IMG/VR virus record: IMGVR_UViG_3300009376_000011
Location: 3,433 to 67,432 of that record
Source: a virus
Length of the DNA stretch: 64,000 nt
Direction: 5' to 3' (one strand)
The translations under genes and the position numbers were made by a program. Under the pieces are notes generated by a model that was not told the origin of the DNA, did not search any database, and saw only the letters and a program-made list of their open reading frames with translations. Positions 1-8,786 of the stretch are shown in pieces. How positions within the stretch are numbered: the stretch's first letter is position 1; each line of letters starts with the position of its first letter.

Positions 1-199
1 TACTGGTCGTAGTCGTCGTCGTGGTAGTCGTACTGGTCGTCGTCGTACTTATGGCAAATAGTAGTTCTGGATTAACGTTTGTTGTCGCTGCACGCGCCAT
101 GGGATGATCAGACGGTGATGCATTGTTGATGTGGGCCTGAGAAACCAAAGCAGCACAAATGAAAGCGATCCCGATTTTGAGTATTCTGGGTAGCGGCAT
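1..199 (-). CDS. Secreted or membrane-anchored protein with Thr-rich linker (3' part outside the window)
   Basis: Manual translation MPLPRILKIGIAFICAALVSQAH...AISTTTTSTTTTTTTTTS. SD GAGGAGGGA upstream, signal-peptide-like N-terminus. Absent from the ORF track because it is truncated. Confidence 0.75.
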   Translation of the reverse strand, partial: MPLPRILKIGIAFICAALVSQAHINNASPSDHPMARAATTNVNPELLFAISTTTTSTTTTTTTTTS

Positions 200-241
200 T
201 CCAAATCCCTCCTCTGACAGTTGCAGTCGCTGTTAGTAATG

Positions 242-297
242 TTGCACGACCGGCACCGATGTCGTACAGTGTAACATCTAAAGGGGTCAGTCCGCAA
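242..297. promoter_or_regulatory. Overlapping divergent sigmaA-type promoters
   Basis: Plus strand TTGCAC(242-247)-17-TACAGT(265-270). Minus strand TTGCGG(297-292)-18-TACACT(273-268). Located between divergent genes. Confidence 0.6.
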
Positions 298-333
298 GAA
301 TTTCATAACAGTTATTACAAAGGGTTTCAAAAC

Positions 334-684
334 ATGTCAGAAACAACCTTTTCAATTCCAGAAGATTTAGTTCAAGCCATTGAGATCTCTTCGTTTGAAC
401 GCCAGTTGCCCAAACAGGGAGATTCCTGTGTCCATCGTTACCTGATGACACCTGATGACAAGGAACTTCAGCAAAAGGTAGAAGACTGGATTGAGATTCA
501 AAAGGGCTTGTGGCCTAAAGTGGATGAAGTAATCATCAAGTTGCATGAAACCGTTGACATCCACTCCGAAGAGTTTCCATGGATTTATACCGACTGGTGG
601 ATGTCACTCTGTATGCCTTGGTCCTCTAACCTTGAAGTAGCAATCCAATCTGCCCACCAATGGTGCGATGCCCAGTCCGCGTAA
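334..684 (+). CDS. Hypothetical protein
   Basis: ORF 259..684; start MSETTF at 334 preferred because it lies downstream of the promoter. Confidence 0.6.
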   Translation: MSETTFSIPEDLVQAIEISSFERQLPKQGDSCVHRYLMTPDDKELQQKVEDWIEIQKGLWPKVDEVIIKLHETVDIHSEEFPWIYTDWWMSLCMPWSSNLEVAIQSAHQWCDAQSA

Positions 685-1069
685 TGCCCCTCGTCGGGAA
701 ATGGTCAGTGTTACCAAATTGGGCAAATATGGTCATGTCCAATGGGTTCATCAGTTGGTGTGCGGGCATAGCGTGGTTAGAAAACGCAAGTCTCCGACTG
801 GTGTCCTTGGATGCATCAAATGCATCGACGCTGAAAGGTTTGAAGATATGAGTCAGTCTCTTGCCATCCCTGTGGAGAGTCCTTACGACGACGATCTGTC
901 CGGCGCTGAGTTGGAAGCGTCAAAGATGAGAGCGCTTCTGGCTGGTCGGTTCAAGGTTCCTCCCGAGCAGGTTGATGTAGTGATCCGACCTGATCAGTGG
1001 GGACGAATGGTCGTAGATTCCGCAACGATCTCTTTAACGAGAAGGCAGATACGAGACACCACCCCATAG
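668..1069 (+). CDS. Hypothetical protein with Cys/His (Zn-finger-like) N-terminus
   Basis: HQLVCGH...CIKC motif; overlaps the upstream gene in an operon. Confidence 0.6.
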   Translation: MPSPRNAPRREMVSVTKLGKYGHVQWVHQLVCGHSVVRKRKSPTGVLGCIKCIDAERFEDMSQSLAIPVESPYDDDLSGAELEASKMRALLAGRFKVPPEQVDVVIRPDQWGRMVVDSATISLTRRQIRDTTP

Positions 1070-1071
1070 GC

Positions 1072-1143
1072 GGGAGTGTAGCCAAGCGGTAAGGCAGCGG
1101 ACTTTTAATCCGAAGAGCGCGGGTTCGATCCCCGCCACTCCCA
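1072..1143 (+). tRNA. tRNA-Lys(UUU)
   Basis: Acceptor GGGAGTG/CACTCCC, D-arm GCC..GGC, anticodon loop CT-TTT-AA, T-arm GCGGG-TTCGATC-CCCGC, discriminator A. CCA not encoded. Confidence 0.93.
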
Positions 1144-1207
1144 CCCCATTTGCGGAACCTGAATCCATGATCTATGATGGACGGACAGGACGGAAGGAAG
1201 GGTACCC

Positions 1208-1555
1208 ATGTCCGAACCATCGCCAGAAGAAGTCTTTGAGGTATTCCAAGAATGGGTGCTTCTCTGCCGAACCTCTCCCAAAGGACGTAAACCGGTTCTT
1301 GGGGAAAAGCGTCGCAGGAAAATCAAGCAGGCTATCAGAATGTATGGCATTCAAGACTGCAAGGACGCTATCCGTGGATGCACCAACTCTCCATGGCATA
1401 TGGGGCATAACCCGCAGGGAAAAAAGTACGACGATATCGAATTGATCTTAAGAGACGAGCAGCACATTGAAATGTTTTTGGAACTTTGCGACAAGGCGGA
1501 AGATGGCTTTGAAGTCTTAGAAGCCTTCGCCAACGGTGAAGACACAATGTTCTAA
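1208..1555 (+). CDS. Replication-associated protein (replisome-organiser C-terminal-like)
   Basis: Pattern VFEVFQEW...KRRRKIKQAI...AIRGCTNSPWHMG...YDDIELILRD; sits upstream of loader and helicase genes. Confidence 0.55.
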   Translation: MSEPSPEEVFEVFQEWVLLCRTSPKGRKPVLGEKRRRKIKQAIRMYGIQDCKDAIRGCTNSPWHMGHNPQGKKYDDIELILRDEQHIEMFLELCDKAEDGFEVLEAFANGEDTMF

Positions 1556-1562
1556 TCTGACA

Positions 1563-2018
1563 GTGGAAAAGTCAGATCTCGTCCCTATCTTAAAAAAGGT
1601 GTGCATCAACTGGGATGCTGCCACGGGCGGTCCTCCGTTCAAGGAACGGTGTTCATTATGGTGGAAGTTCCTTGAAGACTTGTCAGCCGATTCAGTGAAT
1701 GAAGCAGTTGACCAAATAATAGTTTTGGATCAGCAGCGCCTGCCGCGGGTGGGACAGGTCAGGCGATTGGCTATTGACCTTGCGTTGGGAGATGAAATCC
1801 CGGCTGCGCCTCAGGCTTGGTCACAGTTTCGTGCTGCCATAGATGCGGCTGAATCTGGAACCAGTTTCAACAAGCCCCACGATTTGGTGGGAGAAACTAT
1901 GCGTTCATTTCCCAAGAATGGTGCAGGTCTAAGAACGAATTCTGATAGAGAACTATTTCTAAAGGCTTATGAAGCGATAGTTCTAAAGGCAGAAAGAAGC
2001 AGGTATCTAGGTGGCTGA
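1563..2018 (+). CDS. Replicative helicase loader/inhibitor-like protein
   Basis: LWWKFLEDL...AV...PRVGQVR...AWSQ...RELFLKAYE pattern, directly before the primase-helicase. GTG start uncertain. Confidence 0.55.
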   Translation: MEKSDLVPILKKVCINWDAATGGPPFKERCSLWWKFLEDLSADSVNEAVDQIIVLDQQRLPRVGQVRRLAIDLALGDEIPAAPQAWSQFRAAIDAAESGTSFNKPHDLVGETMRSFPKNGAGLRTNSDRELFLKAYEAIVLKAERSRYLGG

Positions 2019-3696
2019 TAGAACACCTGAAATAGATCTCGTTCTTTCTCGTTTGAACAAGGTAACAAGTTCTGGAACCGGCTGGAACGCTGCTTGTCCC
2101 TGCCGGGGAGATGATCAAAATCCTTCCCTTACTGTTGGGTTGGGCCGTGAAGGACAGGTTCTGCTCAATTGCCATCGTGGCGACGGCTGTGATTTTGGTC
2201 AAATTTGTGAATCCATGGGACTCAAGCCAAACGAGTTGTTTCCGGATTCAGGGGAAAAGAAGTCTAAAGGTAAAATGAAACTAGAAGATACCTACGTCTA
2301 CAAGAACGCTGCCGGAGATCCGGTGATGCAAGTGCTTCGTTTCCGTGAAGACGATGGCGGGAAAACTTTCCGTCAGCAACGTTACGAAAATGGTGAATGG
2401 GTTTGGGGGACTCAGGGAATAGAAAAACCCCTGTACCGATTGCCTGAGATTATTGAGCAGATCAAAAACGATAGGATCGTTTACGTCGTAGAGGGTGAAA
2501 AGGATGTTGCCACTCTGGAGCGACTAGGGAAGGTTGCTACCTGTAATCCCGGTGGGGCAGGAGCCGAAGGTCAAGAGAAGTGGTTGCCAAACCATACAAA
2601 GGCGTTGGCTGGAGCAAAGGTTGTCATTATTGCCGATAATGACAGACCCGGCGAGATTCACGCAAGCAATGTTGCCGCTCAACTTCGTAAAGCCGGATCG
2701 AAGGTAAAGGTATTTAAGCCCACCCGAGGTAAGGATATTTCGGATCACATCGGATCCGGTTTGGAACTTTCAGATCTTGAGATTGTGGCAGGTGAGATCC
2801 GTGACGAGTTCACGAACTTTGTCGAATCGCTCATGGATCTAGACCACAGTCTCCCACTGGCTCAACGGGTCAACAAGGCTCAACGATTACTGGACGGTTT
2901 CAATGTCGATAACTCCTTGGAGGAACCGGGGCGACTGGTTGATTGGGCAACCCTGCTGCAAGAGGAAGCCAGTGACCAATATGAATGGTTGATCCCTCAC
3001 CTGTTGGAACGTCAAGAACGGGTCATCGTTGTTGCAGCGGAGGGAGTTGGGAAAACCTTCCTAGCAAGACAAGTTGCGTTAATGGCGGCAGCAGGGATTC
3101 ATCCATTCAAACGAGACAAGATGCCTCCGATAAAGACCTTGTTTATCGACTTGGAAAACCCTGAACGAATCATTCGCAGGACAGCCCGTCGCATCTACCA
3201 TCGGATCGACATGGTAGGGAAGGCGAAAGAGATGGAAGCCAATCTCGTCGTAAAACCCGACGGACTGGATCTGCTCAAGGTTGAGGACCGCAACAAACTT
3301 ATTGGTTGGATTGATGAGACTCAACCAGACCTACTGGTTTTGGGTCCGCTGTACAAAGCGTTCTTGGATCCGGGTGGACGTACCTCTGAATCGGTAACTA
3401 CAGAAGTGGCAAAGTTTTTTGATTACATCCGATATGAATATGATTGCGCTCTCTGGTTGGAACATCATGCCCCATTGGGGTCAGGTACCAGCAGGGATTT
3501 GAGGCCGTTTGGTTCAGCCGTTTGGAGTCGATGGTCTGAGTTCGGTATTGCTATCAGCCCTGACCCGACAGATCCCAACACAATGGAAGTCAATCATTAC
3601 CGTGGAATGAGAGATCAGCGGGAATGGCCGGTTCGGATGCGTCGTGGCAACGACGATGAGTGGCCGTTTATTGTTCTTGAATTCACCACTATGTGA
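2011..3696 (+). CDS. DNA primase-helicase (Zn finger + TOPRIM + RecA/AAA_25-like helicase)
   Basis: CPC...CHRGDGC zinc finger, TOPRIM VVEGEKD and IADND, Walker A AAEGVGKT. Confidence 0.9.
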   Translation: MADRTPEIDLVLSRLNKVTSSGTGWNAACPCRGDDQNPSLTVGLGREGQVLLNCHRGDGCDFGQICESMGLKPNELFPDSGEKKSKGKMKLEDTYVYKNAAGDPVMQVLRFREDDGGKTFRQQRYENGEWVWGTQGIEKPLYRLPEIIEQIKNDRIVYVVEGEKDVATLERLGKVATCNPGGAGAEGQEKWLPNHTKALAGAKVVIIADNDRPGEIHASNVAAQLRKAGSKVKVFKPTRGKDISDHIGSGLELSDLEIVAGEIRDEFTNFVESLMDLDHSLPLAQRVNKAQRLLDGFNVDNSLEEPGRLVDWATLLQEEASDQYEWLIPHLLERQERVIVVAAEGVGKTFLARQVALMAAAGIHPFKRDKMPPIKTLFIDLENPERIIRRTARRIYHRIDMVGKAKEMEANLVVKPDGLDLLKVEDRNKLIGWIDETQPDLLVLGPLYKAFLDPGGRTSESVTTEVAKFFDYIRYEYDCALWLEHHAPLGSGTSRDLRPFGSAVWSRWSEFGIAISPDPTDPNTMEVNHYRGMRDQREWPVRMRRGNDDEWPFIVLEFTTM

Positions 3697-3705
3697 GGGG
3701 TCGCT

Positions 3706-4002
3706 ATGGAAAATGTTAGCGGTATTGACGATTGGATGAAGGGTGCGGCGTGTCGGGATCAGGACACTGCCGACTTTTTCATCCTTCGTGGTGACCCGCA
3801 GCAGCGGGTAAAAAGAATTCGGGCGTATGCAATTTGTAGAGGTTGTCCGGTGAAGCGAGACTGCCTTGACTACGCCATCGTCAACCACGAACTAGGCATA
3901 TGGGGTGGGACGACCGACAGAGAGCGGAGGATTATCCGCAGAAATTGGACACCACTCAGCGAGAAACGGGCGAAGGTGAAGGGGTACTCGCAGTTCGCAT
4001 AG
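3706..4002 (+). CDS. whiB: WhiB-family Fe-S transcriptional regulator
   Basis: W..GAAC...AICRGCPVKRDCLDYA...GIWGGTTDRER signature. Confidence 0.95.
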   Translation: MENVSGIDDWMKGAACRDQDTADFFILRGDPQQRVKRIRAYAICRGCPVKRDCLDYAIVNHELGIWGGTTDRERRIIRRNWTPLSEKRAKVKGYSQFA

Positions 4003-4135
4003 CAAATATTCTGCCTTGTCGCCACAGGTAATGTCTGCCGCATTCGCAGACAATCCGGAATGTCCACATCCCGGTTGTAGCGCCGCTTTCGGCTTCTTCG
4101 CTTAAATCGTTAGAACATTTGGGACAGTGAATCAT
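3956..4135 (-). CDS. 59-aa zinc-ribbon protein (not in ORF track)
   Basis: Manual translation MIHCPKCSNDL...FRIVCECGRHYLW...; strong SD GGGAGGT. Confidence 0.65.
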   Translation of the reverse strand: MIHCPKCSNDLSEEAESGATTGMWTFRIVCECGRHYLWRQGRIFAMRTASTPSPSPVSR

Positions 4136-4190
4136 GATTAACCTCCCACAACCAAGGTACCACTACTACTAATAGTAGGTTGTAAGTCCA

Positions 4191-4787
4191 CTAAAATAGT
4201 TCCGGGCCGACCAAATCCTTGAGATAACGATTCATTTGGTAATGATAAACGTTCCACTGGTCTTTGTGTGACCTGAACTGATTGTTGTTTGATGGACGAG
4301 GATCCACTTCACCCTTTTTCAAAGGGGTGGCACGGTCGTAGAAGTCCTTCTTCGATAACCATCCTATGAACCAGCCGACGTTCCCCGGCACCTTCACTCC
4401 GTCAACCATTGCTTCTTCGTGGTAGCCGATACGCATAAAGGCGAAAGCATCTACGTCTTGGTTGTCTTCACGACCCATGGCAACGCTGCCCTCCCAAAGT
4501 TTGTCGGGCATGGTTTTGGCCCATTTGGTTTTTACGTCGATCTTGATCTGGTTGACATCTAGATCGTAATGGGGGTTGGGCTTGTGTTCGATCTCTAACG
4601 GGAACTGGTACTGGTGTGTTGTCAGAACTTCCTTGAAGGCGAGTTCTCCAAGACAACCCAAGAGGTCGCCCCCACCTTCCAGAATAGAACCACGACGACC
4701 TGTCCCGTCGCCCATGGCGTCAGCCATCTGTTGGGCCTCCGCTTTCATCTCTTCGGTCAGAACGACCTTGTTTGGAGGTAACCACAT
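4191..4787 (-). CDS. PD-(D/E)XK-like nuclease-fold protein
   Basis: LGELAF...YDLDVNQIKIDVKT motif. Confidence 0.55.
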   Translation of the reverse strand: MWLPPNKVVLTEEMKAEAQQMADAMGDGTGRRGSILEGGGDLLGCLGELAFKEVLTTHQYQFPLEIEHKPNPHYDLDVNQIKIDVKTKWAKTMPDKLWEGSVAMGREDNQDVDAFAFMRIGYHEEAMVDGVKVPGNVGWFIGWLSKKDFYDRATPLKKGEVDPRPSNNNQFRSHKDQWNVYHYQMNRYLKDLVGPELF

Positions 4788-4791
4788 AATT

Positions 4792-5121
4792 TTACCAATC
4801 GTGAATTGTTTTAAGAATAATTGGGGTTCCCTCGCCCAACCACGCGTTGAACGTGTTGTGACTTAGGAAGTCCCAAGCATCCTCAAAGTCCCAGCCCTCT
4901 GTCCAGACGAGATGTTCTACCATCTTTTGTTCGTCATAGACGAGGACTGGGTCTTTTGAGTATTGGCAACCGATGCCGATAATGGCTTCGTCAAAAGTTG
5001 GATCAACAAAACGCAATGCTTTGGGATTCGATTCTTGGAGTTCATCTAGCATGAAATCCAGTTGCGTTTGTTTTGGTTCCTCTTGATCCATAGGGATAAC
5101 CCTGAACTTTGGCCTTGGCAT
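4792..5121 (-). CDS. Hypothetical phage protein
   Basis: FDEAIIGIG...VLVYD...NTFNAWLGEGTPI, a pattern familiar from phage hypotheticals. Confidence 0.75.
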   Translation of the reverse strand: MPRPKFRVIPMDQEEPKQTQLDFMLDELQESNPKALRFVDPTFDEAIIGIGCQYSKDPVLVYDEQKMVEHLVWTEGWDFEDAWDFLSHNTFNAWLGEGTPIILKTIHDW

Positions 5122-5132
5122 CGGAGACGATT

Positions 5133-6137
5133 CTAAACAGTCTGTAGAATCAAATCTGTTGCTTTGGCCTTCATCAGATGGGACTTGTTCCCAATCGTCA
5201 TCGCAGCCATTGCGTTGCGCTTCGGGTCATCGAACCAATGATGGTCGTAGTATTCCCCAACTGCGTTCAACAGGCTCCAACCGTTGTAGCCATAACCACC
5301 TGCGTTCTTCGCATTCCCGTACAGGGAACGAACCATCGAAATGGTTTCGTCGCGGTTGACCTTCTTACGGTCGGTATCTGCATCCCTCTCAGGCCACAGA
5401 CCATTCAGAACGCTGTCAATCTTGTTGCTGGAAGCAGGCATAGGAGCCGCAAGCAGCCTCTCCGCTTTGGCGCTGAATTCACTCGCCCAATCCCGTGAGA
5501 TCTGGAGAACCTCGTTGGCCTCTTCCAAAGCCCTGTTGTAATTGGCCGTATGACGAGCAGTCACTACGGATCGTGCAGACTTCAATCCCATGCGAACCGT
5601 GTTTGCACAGACGGCCCGAATGTCGGTATTCGCATAGGTGATCGGCGTGGTGCCATCGTGGCTTGTATGAACGACAAGGAACCGCTGGATCCTGTCGGCT
5701 ACGCCCATGGGATCCAGAACGAGGGTTCCCAAGTCAATGGTCGCGAAGAACTCACGACCGTCCTTGAGGACGCCTGCTGTATCCATAATGGCATCGCCTG
5801 CGGAGGCTCCGACAACATTCAAAGCCTTCTCCAAGACCGTGGAGTTCTGTACGATCCGGTATCGGTCTTTCACAACCTCAAACGGAACGACGCCACCGTC
5901 ATCGTTCAGACGGGCCGTGATGTGCCTGTCTTCCATTTCCATCAAGATCCCATTGGGGGTGATGTACTTTACGGGCAGGAGGGTAACCTCATAGTCGGCC
6001 TTCGCTGCCTCTAGGATGGCTGGTGCCGTCTGGTATCCCGACAGGGCTACGCCCAGCCGGTGCCATGGCGCACCACCTTCTTTACGATAGGCGAAACTGG
6101 CTTCGCCGCTTCCTGATACTTCTAATTCGTGACTCAT
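5133..6137 (-). CDS. DUF932 (phage/plasmid TIGR03299-like) protein
   Basis: PWHRLG, YRIVQN, TAGVLKDGR, TSHDGT, RAVCANT, RHT motifs. Start MSHELE with SD GAGGAGG. Confidence 0.85.
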   Translation of the reverse strand: MSHELEVSGSGEASFAYRKEGGAPWHRLGVALSGYQTAPAILEAAKADYEVTLLPVKYITPNGILMEMEDRHITARLNDDGGVVPFEVVKDRYRIVQNSTVLEKALNVVGASAGDAIMDTAGVLKDGREFFATIDLGTLVLDPMGVADRIQRFLVVHTSHDGTTPITYANTDIRAVCANTVRMGLKSARSVVTARHTANYNRALEEANEVLQISRDWASEFSAKAERLLAAPMPASSNKIDSVLNGLWPERDADTDRKKVNRDETISMVRSLYGNAKNAGGYGYNGWSLLNAVGEYYDHHWFDDPKRNAMAAMTIGNKSHLMKAKATDLILQTV

Positions 6138-6168
6138 ATTTTCTACCTCCTCAAAGGTCGTTGAGATA

Positions 6169-6219
6169 ATACTATCCCATCCGGAGTCATTTGTCAAGCA
6201 TTTAGATTTGTAGTAGGTT
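6169..6219. promoter_or_regulatory. Divergent sigmaA-type promoters
   Basis: Minus strand TTGACA(6197-6192)-17-TAGTAT(6174-6169). Plus strand TTGTCA(6191-6196)-17-TAGGTT(6214-6219). Confidence 0.65.
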
Positions 6220-6228
6220 GGAATCAAC

Positions 6229-8169
6229 ATGACCACCGAAAAGGCGATTCGCCTCAACGATGACCAAATAGTTCTGAACAGCCCCTATGAGGCCAATGAA
6301 GTGGCTGCTATCAAGGGGGTTCCGGGCGCTAAGTGGGATCGACTGGGCCAAGTGTGGAGAATCCCAGTTTCCAGTTTGAAGCCCTTGAAGATCTTTGCCG
6401 TTCAGTTCGATTATTGGCTTGATCCTGATCTGCGCGTGTTGGATCTGCCTGACCCTCCTTATGAGATGCAGGGAATAGAACTGGTTGACGAAAGTCTGAT
6501 CATCAGGTTTGCCTATGATTCCGTGAAGGTCGCTGCTGTTCGTCAAATCGCAGGTTCGTGGTGGAACACGAAGAAGAAGGTTTGGGAGGCTCCAAGATCC
6601 AGTCTTTCCCAAGCACTTCAGTTCGCACGAAACTTCCGGATGAATGTTCCCGAAGAACTTGAGTCGATGGAACTCAAGGTTATTGAGGAGCAAGCACAGA
6701 AGATTGCTGCTTCCCGTTCACTGAACGCTGAGATTGAAGTTCCAGACCTTGTTGGTGAATTGCTCCCCTACCAGAAGGCCGGAGTTCAATACCTCGTAGA
6801 TCATAAGAAACTGTTCCTAGCAGACGAAATGGGAACCGGAAAATCAGTCATGTCGTTGGCTGCGGTCCAATGCGAAAATGCGTACCCCTCTCTCATCGTA
6901 TGTCCACCCAACTTGGCGTTGAATTGGGCCACGGAAATCGACAAGTTCTTTCCAAGTCGAACATGGCGACGGGTGATCAACCGAAGCGAGTTTCCAGAGG
7001 AAGAAGCAGACTTCACTATCATTGGGTATTCCAACATCGACTATCACCCCGAAGCGTTGAAGGGATACCAGTCCTACATATTTGACGAAAGCCACTATCT
7101 CAAAAATCCCAAAGCGAAGAGAACAAAGTGTGCCCAGAAACTCGCAAAAACAGTACCGAATACAGGGTTGGTTTTTTGCCTTACTGGAACGCCTATTACA
7201 TCTCGTCCGGCTGAGTACGGACCCCAACTGGAAATCATCGGAAGACTTAAGGAATTCGGAGGACTCTGGGCCTTCTACAAGAGGTACTGCGGAGCCTTCC
7301 AAGACCGGTTCAAGCAATGGCACATCGACGGAGCCACCAACCTAGATGAACTCAACGAACGCCTCAGGGGATCGTGCTATATAAGAAGGACTAAAGATCA
7401 AGTCCTCAAGGATCTTCCACCCATCCGGCATTCTGAATGGATGATCGAACCTGATCCCAAATACGCAAAGGAATACAAACAGGCAGAAGAGGACATCGTT
7501 CAGTTCCTTGCTGACCGGGCTGCTGAGTTGGCTGCCGAACTAGGTCAGGATCCAAGGAGCGCTGCGGTGCGGGCCAGATTCAAAGCAGAAGCACACGAAC
7601 ATTTGGTCAGGCTTTCCGTTCTAAAGAAAATCGCAGCCAAGTCAAAACTCAAAGCAGTGGACGAATGGGTTCAGATCCGCATCAACGAAGGACGCAAGGT
7701 GGTGTTGGCTGCCCATCATCGTGAAATCGTTGATGCCTTAGCGGATGAATATGGCGGGTTGAAAATCCAAGGCGGGATGAAAGTAGACGATGTAGAGAAG
7801 GCCAAGAGCGCATTCATGGAGCAATCGGCGGAAGATGCTCCTGTGATTGTGCTGTCCATTCAGGCTTCCAAGGCTGGACACACTCTGACGGCTGCACAGG
7901 ACATGCTTTTTATTGAGCATCCTTGGACACCCGCAGATGTGGATCAGGTGTCTGCGCGAATACACCGCATAGGAACCAAGGGAAGCGTACAGATAACTCA
8001 TGCTTTGGCGGCTGGAACTATTGATGAATCGGTCTATAGCCTCATCAACCACAAGCGTTCCGTAGTGGATGCGGCCACTGAAGGTACGGCAGAAGGGTCG
8101 GAAGGCGTAACTGCCGCAAGTCTGATGGAAGACTTTCTTTCTGAGGCAGACACTAGAGGTAAGATCTAG
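6229..8169 (+). CDS. SNF2-family helicase with two N-terminal HARP-like repeats
   Basis: LADEMGTGKS, DESH, LTGTP, RIHRIG motifs; two IKGVPGAKWD / VRQIAGSWWN repeats. Confidence 0.92.
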   Translation: MTTEKAIRLNDDQIVLNSPYEANEVAAIKGVPGAKWDRLGQVWRIPVSSLKPLKIFAVQFDYWLDPDLRVLDLPDPPYEMQGIELVDESLIIRFAYDSVKVAAVRQIAGSWWNTKKKVWEAPRSSLSQALQFARNFRMNVPEELESMELKVIEEQAQKIAASRSLNAEIEVPDLVGELLPYQKAGVQYLVDHKKLFLADEMGTGKSVMSLAAVQCENAYPSLIVCPPNLALNWATEIDKFFPSRTWRRVINRSEFPEEEADFTIIGYSNIDYHPEALKGYQSYIFDESHYLKNPKAKRTKCAQKLAKTVPNTGLVFCLTGTPITSRPAEYGPQLEIIGRLKEFGGLWAFYKRYCGAFQDRFKQWHIDGATNLDELNERLRGSCYIRRTKDQVLKDLPPIRHSEWMIEPDPKYAKEYKQAEEDIVQFLADRAAELAAELGQDPRSAAVRARFKAEAHEHLVRLSVLKKIAAKSKLKAVDEWVQIRINEGRKVVLAAHHREIVDALADEYGGLKIQGGMKVDDVEKAKSAFMEQSAEDAPVIVLSIQASKAGHTLTAAQDMLFIEHPWTPADVDQVSARIHRIGTKGSVQITHALAAGTIDESVYSLINHKRSVVDAATEGTAEGSEGVTAASLMEDFLSEADTRGKI

Positions 8170-8239
8170 AAGTCACAATGGTTCAGGTTCCCCGGCAGGG
8201 AATCTCCGACTTAGGTTAGGAGGTGCGACCGCTACACCG

Positions 8240-8275
8240 AAAGGGGCGGGTCGGACTTCCGGCCCGCCCCTTTTT
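8240..8275. terminator. Intrinsic terminator between convergent genes
   Basis: AAA-GGGGCGGGTCGG-ACTT-CCGGCCCGCCCC-TTTTT. Confidence 0.85.
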
Positions 8276-8786
8276 ATGCGTCTGGCGTAGGCGGTCGCTC
8301 TATACTGAAATCTTCACTGGCCGTGGATTCGATAGGGATCCACGCCTTGCTGTAAGAATGCTCTGAAACTTTCCTCTTCTTGACGAGGGATCCATCCAGC
8401 AGCACATCCAGTTCATCTATTTTCATATTGAATGAATTCAAGATGACCTGTTCGTCCATGGCTACGCTCAATAGACGAATCGTTTTACTGAGACGATGTG
8501 GGACAATCTCTCCTCTGGCCCTGTTGAGTTGGATGTGAAGCATCATTGCTTCTGTCTTTCCACAATCGCGCCTTTGAACGGGAATCTTTTTAAGACCCAG
8601 CGACTGTGCGGCGACCCAGCGGGCGAAACCGTCGATGATGGTGCCATCTGTCATAGTGAGAATTGGATTGATCATTCCGTATTCTTCTATAGACTTCATC
8701 AGCCCAATCAGGTTGGGTTTTAGAATATGAGTGGTTCTCCAGTCGGGAACCTTGAGGTTTTCCGTTTTGAGAAGTTCCAAGTTCAT
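8274..8786 (-). CDS. ParB/sulfiredoxin-like protein (IbrB-like)
   Basis: SIEEYGMINPI...IIDGFARW...QLNRARGE...YSKAWIP. Confidence 0.8.
   Translation of the reverse strand: MNLELLKTENLKVPDWRTTHILKPNLIGLMKSIEEYGMINPILTMTDGTIIDGFARWVAAQSLGLKKIPVQRRDCGKTEAMMLHIQLNRARGEIVPHRLSKTIRLLSVAMDEQVILNSFNMKIDELDVLLDGSLVKKRKVSEHSYSKAWIPIESTASEDFSIERPPTPDA

Noticed and set aside
1-50. GTC/GTA short-period repeat resembling a microsatellite or array
   Set aside because: It is the Thr/Ser codon run of the minus-strand gene starting at 199.
951-1445. Overlapping ORFs across the tRNA region
   Set aside because: They overlap the tRNA or the better-supported 1208-1555 gene and have no motifs.
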